Translations under genes and position numbers: made by a program
In this document: positions 22,420 to 32,046 of the stretch, one piece after another
Numbering within the stretch: the stretch's first letter is position 1
Layout: each line of letters begins with the position of its first letter
Origin: an uncultured Gammaproteobacteria bacterium
GTDB lineage: Bacteria > Patescibacteriota > Microgenomatia > UM-FILTER-40-11
NCBI GenBank assembly: GCA_964452885.1
Contig: CAYVNK010000002.1
Span: forward strand, 1 to 32,046
Direction of reading: 5' to 3'
DNA: 32,046 bases
Notes under the pieces: generated by a model
What the model saw: only the letters and a program-made list of their open reading frames with translations
Told to the model about the DNA's origin: nothing
The model's database searches: none

Positions 22420-25041
22420 GACCACCATTTCTTCTTCCTCTTCTTTTTTAAGATAGGTGACGGCGCAAACACAATCCTGGGCCGCCGTTTTGTCAAAACG
22501 CATCAGTATTACTCCCTGGGTGGCTCTCCCCAACCGCGGAATATTTTTCAAAGGCAACTTTATAATCTGCGCTTGTTTGGAAGTTAAAACAATTTGTTCA
22601 ACCGACTCGTCCACAAATTGCGAGCAAACTACTTTGCCGGTCTTGGGGGTGACCTCGGCCACTTTAACGCCCATGCCCCCCCTCTTTTGCAAAGGAAATT
22701 CGGTAAAGTCGGTTCTTTTTCCTACTCCCCTTTCCATGACGACTAAAATATCCCGAAAAACTTTTCTCCTTTTATCGGTGGATTGCGGGGCTCTGGCCGA
22801 TAGGGCTTCCATGCCGACGACAAAATCATCTTTCATTAAAGTGATGCCGATGACGCCCATGGTATCCCGAGCAGTTGGTCGGACATCCGACTCGTTAAAC
22901 CGGATGGATTTTCCTTCGTGAGAAACCAAAAGAATGTGGTCATTTCCCGAAGTAACCTTGGCCCAGCAAAGTTCGTCGCCGGCTTCCAGTTTAATGGCAA
23001 TTAAGCCCGACTGGCGGACATTGTTATACCTTCCGATTTCGGTCTTTTTGATGGTCCCTTTTTTGGTTACCATAAAAAGGAATTTTTGGTTGGGAGCAGG
23101 TTGGTTGCTGACGGTCAAAACCGATTGCACAATTTCTCCTTGTTCGATATTGATTAAATTAACCACCGCCTGACCTTTTGACTGGCGGGAAGCTTCCGGC
23201 AATTCCCAGACCCTAATCCTAAAAACTCGGCCTTTGTTGGTGAAAAAAAGCAGAAAGTCATGAGTGTTGGCGGTTATCAAATGGGCAATTTCATCTTCTT
23301 CTTTGGTTTTCATTCCCATGACGCCTTTGCCGCCGCGTCTTTGGGTTCGATAGGTGCTGCGGGGCACCCTTTTGATATAACCGGTGCCGGTAATGGTAAT
23401 AATCGTTTCCTCGTTGGGAATTAAATCTTCTTCGGAGAATTCTTCTACCTTTTTCTTAAAGATTTTGGTTTTTCTCTCGTCGGCATATTTTTCTTTGACT
23501 TCATTAAGTTCTTTGGTAATTATTTTTAAGATTTTTGCCGGATGAGCCAAAAGGTCCAAGAGAAAAGCAATCGTTTCTTGAATTTGTTTATATTCGTCTT
23601 CAATCTTTTTCCGCTCCAAAGCGGCCAGTTTCCGAAGTTGCATATCCAGAATGGCAACGGCCTGAATTTCCGAGAGTTTAAATCTGGTCATTAAATTGGT
23701 CTTAGCGTCATCGGCATCTTTAGATTTTTTGATGGTTTCGATAACGGCGTCTAAATTATCTAAAGCAATTAGTAAGCCCTCCAAAATATGTCCACGGCCG
23801 CGGGCTTCTTTAAGTTCAAATTGACTTCTGCGGGTGATGACCACATGACGATGATTAACAAACTCGGTTAAAATTTGTTTGACATTTAAAGTCATGGGTG
23901 TGCCATCAACCAAGGTGACAAAATTGGTGGGAAAAGTGGTCTGCAGTTCGGTTTTTTTGAACAAATTATTTAAAACTTGTTTTGGCCGGGCATCACGCTT
24001 TAGTTCAACCACCACGCGGATTCCGTGACGGTCCGACTCGTCACGCAAATCGGAAATTCCGTCAATTTTCCTTTCTTTGGCCAAATTGGCAATGCGGGCG
24101 ACCAATTGGGCTTTATTAACCTGATAAGGCAACTCCGTAATAATGATTTGAAATTTACCACCTTTGGCTTCTTCAATTTCCGCCTTGCCGCGGATGACAA
24201 TACGGCCTTTGCCGGTGGAATAAGCTTCTTTAATTTCATTTTGATCAAAAATTTGGCCGGCAGTGGGGAAATCCGGACCTTTAATATACTGCATCAGTTC
24301 TTCAATGGAAGCGTTGCTTTCAAAACGAAGGGTCACAGGCTTTTCCGGCGCATTTTCCTCAAAAGTGATTCTTTTAAATTCCAACTCTGCTTCCCCGCGC
24401 GACTCATGTGCCTCCCCCATTTTCCCCTTTTCGATTAAAAATACGACGGCGTCAATGACTTCACCTAAATTGTGAGGCGGGATTTTGGTGGCCATACCAA
24501 CAGCGATTCCTTCTGAACCCATTAAAAGTAAATTCGGTAGTTTGGCGGGTAAATAAATCGGTTCTTTCAAAGTTTGATCAAAATTATCGGTCAGGTCCAC
24601 AGTTTCTTTTTCAATATCGGCCAGCATTTCCTGGGCAATGGCTGCCATTTTGACTTCAGTGTAACGCATGGCGGCCGGCGGGTCTCCGTCAACTGAACCA
24701 AAGTTTCCCTGACCAAAAATTAAAGGATAGCGCATGGAGAAATCTTGGGCGAGACGAACTAAAGCCTGATAAACCGGCATGTCGCCGTGTGGGTGAAATT
24801 TTCCTAAAACTTCCCCAACCACTTTAGCTGACTTGGAAAATTTAGCCGAATGACCTAAACCCATTTCGTGCATGGCGTATAAAATCCGGCGGTGAACCGG
24901 TTTTAAACCGTCACGGACATCCGGCAAAGCCCGTTGGACAATGACACTCATGGCATAATCCAAATAGGACTTTTCCATTTCTTCGGTAATCTCTGTTTGC
25001 TGTAATTTACCGATGTCGTGATGAATTTCTTTTTCTTCCAT
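22411..25041 (-). CDS. gyrA: DNA gyrase subunit A
   Basis: 876 aa: [24 protein letters not shown], active-site AAMRYTE, beta-pinwheel C-terminal repeats, acidic tail. An extra segment of roughly 35 aa lies at residues ~205-244. Confidence 0.95.
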   Translation of the reverse strand: MEEKEIHHDIGKLQQTEITEEMEKSYLDYAMSVIVQRALPDVRDGLKPVHRRILYAMHEMGLGHSAKFSKSAKVVGEVLGKFHPHGDMPVYQALVRLAQDFSMRYPLIFGQGNFGSVDGDPPAAMRYTEVKMAAIAQEMLADIEKETVDLTDNFDQTLKEPIYLPAKLPNLLLMGSEGIAVGMATKIPPHNLGEVIDAVVFLIEKGKMGEAHESRGEAELEFKRITFEENAPEKPVTLRFESNASIEELMQYIKGPDFPTAGQIFDQNEIKEAYSTGKGRIVIRGKAEIEEAKGGKFQIIITELPYQVNKAQLVARIANLAKERKIDGISDLRDESDRHGIRVVVELKRDARPKQVLNNLFKKTELQTTFPTNFVTLVDGTPMTLNVKQILTEFVNHRHVVITRRSQFELKEARGRGHILEGLLIALDNLDAVIETIKKSKDADDAKTNLMTRFKLSEIQAVAILDMQLRKLAALERKKIEDEYKQIQETIAFLLDLLAHPAKILKIITKELNEVKEKYADERKTKIFKKKVEEFSEEDLIPNEETIITITGTGYIKRVPRSTYRTQRRGGKGVMGMKTKEEDEIAHLITANTHDFLLFFTNKGRVFRIRVWELPEASRQSKGQAVVNLINIEQGEIVQSVLTVSNQPAPNQKFLFMVTKKGTIKKTEIGRYNNVRQSGLIAIKLEAGDELCWAKVTSGNDHILLVSHEGKSIRFNESDVRPTARDTMGVIGITLMKDDFVVGMEALSARAPQSTDKRRKVFRDILVVMERGVGKRTDFTEFPLQKRGGMGVKVAEVTPKTGKVVCSQFVDESVEQIVLTSKQAQIIKLPLKNIPRLGRATQGVILMRFDKTAAQDCVCAVTYLKKEEEEEMVVKE

Positions 25042-25056
25042 TTAAATTTTAAATTT

Positions 25057-27033
<1,977 letters not shown>

Positions 27034-27058
27034 TCAAGGAAGAGTCTTTAATAACCTA

Positions 27059-27087
27059 ATTTTAACAAATTTTAACCCCGAAATCAA
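27059..27087 (-). promoter_or_regulatory. Promoter for gyrB-gyrA
   Basis: On the minus strand: TTGATT (27087-27082), 17 nt, TAAAAT (27064-27059), with a leader of about 40 nt. It starts 8 nt after the holB stop. Confidence 0.5.
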
Positions 27088-27095
27088 GGTAAAAT

Positions 27096-27782
27096 TCAAG
27101 AAATTTCTCCTAAAAAAACATCCAAAGTCAGCCGGAGGTTGCAGTTGGCAGTAAGATAATTTTTGGCCGCGGAAATTGATTTTAAAAGCCTCAAGAATTT
27201 ACTATTTTCCTCGTTAGTAAGCAGCAAATTTCTCCCGACCACGGTTAACTGGTCAAGAAAAGAAAGGGCTTTTTCCCGGTCCTGGTAAATCCCCCACTCC
27301 TCCAGCAAATTGAATCTTTCTCCCAAAGAAGAATTTAATAATTGATTTAATTTTTCTTTAATTTCCTGTTCTTCTTCTTTACTAAGATTTATCTGCGGCG
27401 TTGGTGGCAGTTCAATAATTTCACAGCGGGAAATGACGGTCGGCAGAAGTAATCCCAGATTCGGGACACCAAGAATAATTATAGAGTTTGCCGGAGGCTC
27501 TTCTAAAGTTTTAAGAAGGGAATTTTGTGCTTCTTCCGTTAATTTTTGCGCTTCGGCGATAAAAACAGTCTTTCTTTTTTCCCGGTAAGGTTTAAGCTGC
27601 AAGAATCTCTCTAAATTTCTTATTTCTTCAATACCGATGCTGGTTTTGGTAGAAAGCAGTAAAAAATCCGGACTATTTTCTTGTTTGTCAATTTTAAACC
27701 CGCAGATTTCTTCTGCCTTTTCTTTTCTGTCCTTTGAGTCCCCACCGGCGATTAGTAAACTAAAAATTGATTGGTTGAACAT
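27096..27782 (-). CDS. holB: DNA polymerase III delta-prime-like clamp-loader subunit (short)
   Basis: QNSLLKTLEEPP and LLPTVISRCEIIEL (sensor-1/SRC motif). At 228 aa it has a reduced N-terminal region and no canonical Walker A. Confidence 0.75.
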   Translation of the reverse strand: MFNQSIFSLLIAGGDSKDRKEKAEEICGFKIDKQENSPDFLLLSTKTSIGIEEIRNLERFLQLKPYREKRKTVFIAEAQKLTEEAQNSLLKTLEEPPANSIIILGVPNLGLLLPTVISRCEIIELPPTPQINLSKEEEQEIKEKLNQLLNSSLGERFNLLEEWGIYQDREKALSFLDQLTVVGRNLLLTNEENSKFLRLLKSISAAKNYLTANCNLRLTLDVFLGEIS

Positions 27783-27811
27783 TGACTTTTCCTTCCTTTT
27801 TACCTGATAAT
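27782..27811 (+). promoter_or_regulatory. Promoter for the pilB-pilT-pilC-pilin operon, predicted leaderless
   Basis: TTGACT (27782-27787, overlapping the holB start codon on the other strand), 18 nt, GATAAT (27806-27811), 7 nt, ATG (27819). Confidence 0.45.
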
Positions 27812-27818
27812 AATCTTA

Positions 27819-29528
27819 ATGCCCGATAACCTTAGTATAGCAAACCTTCTTTTCCGGGAAAAAATTTTATCCGCGGAACAATTAAAGCAGGTTCAGTTAG
27901 CTTTTGCCAGCTCCGGAAAACCGGAAGAAGCGGTTTTACGGGAATTGGGTTTCGTCTCCGCCAAACAAGTTGTCAAAGCCAAAGGCGCCCTTTTTAATAT
28001 TCCTTACGTCAGTTTGGACGAGATCGGCGTTACGCCGGAAGTTTTGACTTTAATTCCCAAGTCGGTGGCCGAAAGATTTACTTTGATTCCTTTTGCGACT
28101 TCCGGGGACGGCAAAGAGCTTTCGGTAGCTTTTTCCAATCCTTGGGATTTGGAAGCAATTGAGTTTGTGGAAGCAAAATCAGGAAAGAAAATAAAAGTTT
28201 TTATTGCCCCCGAAGAAGAAATTCAAAAAGCAATTACCGAGCGTTATTCACAAAATTTGGCTACTGAAGTGACAGCCGTCCTAAAAGAAACTGGCCCGGC
28301 CCAAGATATTAAAACTTTGGATTTAGATAAGGCAGACGGAGTGATTAGAAACGAGCCAATTGCCAAGATTGTTTCTACAATTTTAGAGTTTGCTATCCGG
28401 GCCAGAGCTTCTGATGTCCATATTGAGCCGACTCTTGATAAAACCCGAGTCCGTTACCGGATTGACGGCATTTTGCAGGAAAAATTGATTTTACCTAAAA
28501 GTGTTCATGAGGCTTTAGTTTCGCGGATTAAAGTTCTGTCCGATATGAAGATCGATGAAAAAAGAATTCCCCAGGACGGACGCTTTAATTTTAAGGCCGA
28601 TGGCGCCGAAATAGACTTGCGGGTTTCCACTTTGCCGACTGTTCACGGCGAGAAAATTGTTATGCGCTTACTTAAAAAAAGCGGCGGAGTTCCCACTATG
28701 CCGGAATTGGGCTTACGTGGAAGAGGTTTAAAAAATTTGGAAGACGCGATTTTGCGGCCGCATGGAATTATTTTAATTTGCGGACCGACCGGCTCCGGTA
28801 AAACTACCTCGCTTTATTCAATTCTTTCCAAAATTAATACGACTAAAGTCAATATTGTCACTTTGGAAGACCCGGTGGAATACCAAATTGCCGGCGTTAA
28901 TCAAGTACAGATTAATCCGGCGGCAGGGTTAACTTTTGCTTCCGGTTTGCGTTCTTTTTTGCGTCAGGACCCGAACATTATTATGGTTGGAGAAATTCGT
29001 GATCGGGAGACGACTGATTTGGCTATTCAGGCTTCTTTGACCGGACATTTGGTTTTTTCTACCATTCATACTAAAAGCGCTTCACAAGCGATGCCGCGTC
29101 TAGCCGACATGGGTGCTGAACCATTTCTTTTGGCTTCAACCTTAACGGCCATTATGGCTCAAAGAATTTGCCGGAGGATCTGTAATGCCTGTAAGGAAAC
29201 TTATGAGCCGCCTCCGGATGTAGTGGCGGATGTTAAAAAAATCTTAGGTCCCCTTTATCCTTTAAAAGAGGGAGATAAATTGATGTTTTCTCGCGGGAAA
29301 GGTTGCCCAGAGTGTGCCAATACCGGATACTTAGGTAGGATTGGAATTTTTGAAGTTTTGCCGGTGACGGAAAAAATCGCTCGCTTGATTATCGAGCGCT
29401 CGGCGGCTTTGGATATTGAAAAAGTGGCCGTTGAAGAAGGAATGATTACTTTAAAACAAGATGGCTACTTGAAAGCCATCGAAGGAATAACTACCATTGA
29501 AGAAGTCTTGCGTGTTGGTCAAGATTAA
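27819..29528 (+). CDS. pilB: Type IV pilus assembly ATPase PilB (GspE family)
   Basis: N-terminal GSPII_E_N-type domain, Walker A GPTGSGKTT, Walker B IIMVGEIRD, His box, tetracysteine CNAC...CPEC. Confidence 0.9.
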   Translation: MPDNLSIANLLFREKILSAEQLKQVQLAFASSGKPEEAVLRELGFVSAKQVVKAKGALFNIPYVSLDEIGVTPEVLTLIPKSVAERFTLIPFATSGDGKELSVAFSNPWDLEAIEFVEAKSGKKIKVFIAPEEEIQKAITERYSQNLATEVTAVLKETGPAQDIKTLDLDKADGVIRNEPIAKIVSTILEFAIRARASDVHIEPTLDKTRVRYRIDGILQEKLILPKSVHEALVSRIKVLSDMKIDEKRIPQDGRFNFKADGAEIDLRVSTLPTVHGEKIVMRLLKKSGGVPTMPELGLRGRGLKNLEDAILRPHGIILICGPTGSGKTTSLYSILSKINTTKVNIVTLEDPVEYQIAGVNQVQINPAAGLTFASGLRSFLRQDPNIIMVGEIRDRETTDLAIQASLTGHLVFSTIHTKSASQAMPRLADMGAEPFLLASTLTAIMAQRICRRICNACKETYEPPPDVVADVKKILGPLYPLKEGDKLMFSRGKGCPECANTGYLGRIGIFEVLPVTEKIARLIIERSAALDIEKVAVEEGMITLKQDGYLKAIEGITTIEEVLRVGQD

Positions 29529-29532
29529 AAAA

Positions 29533-30594
29533 ATGACAGACGTTCATACCCTTTTAAATTTAACGGTCGAAAAAAATGCTTCTGATTTACATCTTCAGGT
29601 AGGTATGCCGCCCTGCTTAAGAATTTACGGAGAACTTTCTTTTTTAACCGAATACGGTATTTTAACTGATGAAGATACGGAAATTTTGCTTTTTTCTCTT
29701 TTGAACGAAGAACAAAAAGAAATTTTGGCCAACAATAAAGAAATTGATTTTTCTTTTGAACTGGCGACCAAGGGCAGGTTCAGGGTCAATGTTTATCACC
29801 AAAAAGGCAGTTTGGCCGGTGCCCTCCGTTTTATCCCCTTAAAAATTAAAACTGTTGACGATTTGTTACTGCCTCCGATTTGTCATGAGTTTGTCAAACT
29901 GCGGCAGGGTTTTGTTTTGGTCACCGGACCGACCGGTCACGGTAAATCAACGACTTTGGCCGCAATTATTCAGGAAATTCTTCAAAACCGTTCCTGTAAT
30001 GTCATTACGATTGAGGATCCGATCGAATTTGTCTTTAATAGCCAGCGCTCCCTCATTTCCCAGCGGGAGCTGGGCTTAGATACCCATTCCTGGTCGGCGG
30101 CTTTGCGTTCGGCTTTGCGGGAAGATCCGGACGTGGTTTTAATTGGGGAAATGAGAGATTATGATACGATTGCCGCCGCTTTAACCATTGCCGAAACCGG
30201 ACATTTGGTTTTTTCTACCTTGCACACCAATTCGGCTTCCCAGACCATTGACCGGATTATCGATGCTTTCCCCGAAGAAGCAAAAAGCCAAGTCAGAATA
30301 CAGATGGCAACTTCGTTAGAAGCGGTTTTCTCGCAAAGACTGGTTCCCGTAATTAACGGGGGGAGGATGGTGGCCTACGAAGTCATGGTGGCCACTTCGG
30401 CGATCCGGACGGCTATTCGGGACAAAAAAACCCATATGCTGGATAATATTATGCAGACCTCGGGCGCTTACGGTATGTCAACCCTGGAAACTTCTCTGGT
30501 TAAGTTGGTCATGGACGGAAAAATTTCCCTTGATACTGCCAGACTTTTTGCTCTGCGACCGGAGGAAGTCACCCGTTTAATGAAAGGTTCCTAA
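29533..30594 (+). CDS. pilT: Twitching-motility/retraction ATPase PilT
   Basis: ASDLHL, Walker A GPTGHGKST, VVLIGEMRD, TLHT, AIRTAIRDKK (PilT signature-like). The start is set at the ATG at 29533, 5 nt after the pilB stop. Confidence 0.9.
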   Translation: MTDVHTLLNLTVEKNASDLHLQVGMPPCLRIYGELSFLTEYGILTDEDTEILLFSLLNEEQKEILANNKEIDFSFELATKGRFRVNVYHQKGSLAGALRFIPLKIKTVDDLLLPPICHEFVKLRQGFVLVTGPTGHGKSTTLAAIIQEILQNRSCNVITIEDPIEFVFNSQRSLISQRELGLDTHSWSAALRSALREDPDVVLIGEMRDYDTIAAALTIAETGHLVFSTLHTNSASQTIDRIIDAFPEEAKSQVRIQMATSLEAVFSQRLVPVINGGRMVAYEVMVATSAIRTAIRDKKTHMLDNIMQTSGAYGMSTLETSLVKLVMDGKISLDTARLFALRPEEVTRLMKGS

Positions 30595-30597
30595 AGC

Positions 30598-31803
30598 ATG
30601 CTAAATTTTTCTTACAAAGCCAAAGACCAGACTGGAAAAGAGGTTAAGGGTCTGGTGGAGGCGCAGGACAAAAAACAGGCCCTGACTATTTTACACGAGA
30701 AACAGTTCACCCCCTTTTTTATCAAAGAAGAGGGAGAAAATTTCTTGGGTTATTTTTATAATAAGTTTGTCAAAAAAGTTTCTCAGGGGGAAGTGGCGGT
30801 TTTTACCCGTCAGATTGCGACCATGATTAACGCCGGCCTTCCCTTGACTGAGGCTTTAACAATTTTGAGTTCCCAAGGAAAAGGTTTGCTTCAGGAAGCG
30901 ATTGGCGTGATTTTAAGAGATGTTGAAGGCGGCTCAAATTTGGCCGATGCTCTGCAAAAACATCCCAAAATTTTTTCTCCGGTTTATATTGCTTTAGTCC
31001 GGGCCGGAGAATCCGCCGGAGTTTTGGATAATATTTTAACCCGACTGGCCGATAATTTAGAGGCGCAAAGAGAATTTAACTCCAAGATTAAAGGCGCCTT
31101 AACTTATCCGATTATTATTTTAGTCGGTATGGGCGGCGTAATTTTTATTATGATGGTTTTTGTTATTCCTAAACTCACCGTTCTTTATACCGAATTTAAT
31201 GCCAAACTGCCGAAGGCAACCCAAATATTAATTACCTTTTCTTCCTTTGCCGCCAAGTTTTGGTGGCTGATAATTTTGGTGGTGGTTGGTTTAGCTTATG
31301 TTTTCCGGATTCTTAATAAAAATAGAGACACTAAAAGAAAATTAGATGAACTTAAATTCAAAATTCCGATTTACGGCAAACTGCAAAACCAGATTGTTTT
31401 GGCCGAATTTACCAGAACCTTGGGTTTACTCGTCGGCGCCGGAGTTTCCATTGTGGAAGCCTTACAAATTTCATCGAAGACTGCCAGCAACATTAAGATT
31501 GAAGAAGGAATTTTGGAAGCCTCCAAGCAAGTAGAAAAAGGGTTCCCTCTTTCGGTCACCATTTCCACCAATCCTTTTTTCCCAAAAATTTTATCCCAGA
31601 TGCTGACTGTTGGTGAAGAAACCGGCAAGGTAGATGAAGTTTTATTGAAAGTCGCCAAGTTTTTTCAGTCCGAGTCTGATGAATCCTTAAAAGGCTTGAC
31701 TTCGGCAATTGAACCTTTAATAATGGTAATAATGGGTGTGGGAGTAGGATTTTTAGCGATTGCGATTATTTTACCGATCTATAACTTGACAAGCGCTTTT
31801 TAA
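30598..31803 (+). CDS. pilC: Type IV pilus platform protein PilC (GspF family)
   Basis: 401 aa with two T2SSF-type repeats (FTRQIATMINAGLPL...; FTRTLGLLVGAGVSI...) and three TM segments. Confidence 0.9.
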   Translation: MLNFSYKAKDQTGKEVKGLVEAQDKKQALTILHEKQFTPFFIKEEGENFLGYFYNKFVKKVSQGEVAVFTRQIATMINAGLPLTEALTILSSQGKGLLQEAIGVILRDVEGGSNLADALQKHPKIFSPVYIALVRAGESAGVLDNILTRLADNLEAQREFNSKIKGALTYPIIILVGMGGVIFIMMVFVIPKLTVLYTEFNAKLPKATQILITFSSFAAKFWWLIILVVVGLAYVFRILNKNRDTKRKLDELKFKIPIYGKLQNQIVLAEFTRTLGLLVGAGVSIVEALQISSKTASNIKIEEGILEASKQVEKGFPLSVTISTNPFFPKILSQMLTVGEETGKVDEVLLKVAKFFQSESDESLKGLTSAIEPLIMVIMGVGVGFLAIAIILPIYNLTSAF

Positions 31804-31864
31804 TAATACAAACTTAAATTAGTAATAGAAAAATAAAAAAAAGATTTGATGAAAGGGGGTGAAA

Positions 31865-32046
31865 ATGAAAAAAATTTTCAAATTTAAAATTTCAAATTTC
31901 AAATTAAGAACCGGGTTTACGATGATTGAGCTTTTGATTGTCATTGCGGTTTTGGGCGTTTTGGCGGTAGCAGTTCTTTCTGCCATAAACCCGATTGAAC
32001 AGATTAATAGAGGTAGAGATACCGGTTCCAGATCAGATGCAGAACA
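31865..32046 (+). CDS. Type IV pilin / pseudopilin precursor, 3'-truncated by the window edge
   Basis: This ORF is not in the supplied track because it is open-ended. It reads MKKIFKFKISNFKLRTG/FTMIELLIVIAVLGVLAVAVL, a class III signal (G-FTxIE) with a hydrophobic helix. GGGGGTG SD lies 5 nt upstream. Confidence 0.85.
   Translation, partial: MKKIFKFKISNFKLRTGFTMIELLIVIAVLGVLAVAVLSAINPIEQINRGRDTGSRSDAE

Overview
This is a tightly packed, AT-rich bacterial chromosome segment. It uses the standard genetic code: TGA ends dnaB, holB and amrS, and no conserved gene has an in-frame TGA. Short housekeeping proteins, many small membrane proteins, type IV pilus genes and the absence of biosynthetic operons suggest a reduced-genome Patescibacteria/CPR-like organism, but that is inference only. 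Gene order: ychF (5' partial), rpsF-ssb-rpsR, an S41 peptidase and an HtrA protease; then on the minus strand an RF1-like release factor, rpmE, hisS and two secreted or anchored proteins. Next come an MBL-fold hydrolase, dnaB and a large membrane protein. A minus-strand operon follows: membrane protein, tRNA-Leu(CAA), radical SAM, Memo-like and AMMECR1 genes (the AmmeMemoRadiSam triad). Then come an Lgt-like protein, DksA/TraR, lspA, a CPA2 antiporter, a LytR_C protein, yebC and a membrane protein. The only long non-coding stretch (508 nt) comes next, followed by a free-standing LAGLIDADG endonuclease gene that overlaps the start of a Xer-type tyrosine recombinase, and a convergent 81-aa ORF. 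The window ends with gyrB-gyrA and holB on the minus strand, then pilB-pilT-pilC and a pilin gene (3' partial). The most notable points are: (1) the LAGLIDADG/recombinase module and its structured upstream region; (2) a recurring promoter layout (-35, 17-18 nt, -10, 6-7 nt, ATG) at seven operon heads, implying leaderless mRNAs; (3) an RF1 homologue with no room for domain 1; (4) the function-unknown AmmeMemoRadiSam triad apparently co-transcribed with a tRNA; (5) an Lgt-like protein that seems to have lost its catalytic motifs. I found no CRISPR array, rRNA, intein or transposase. All family assignments come from reading motifs by eye; no database search was possible.
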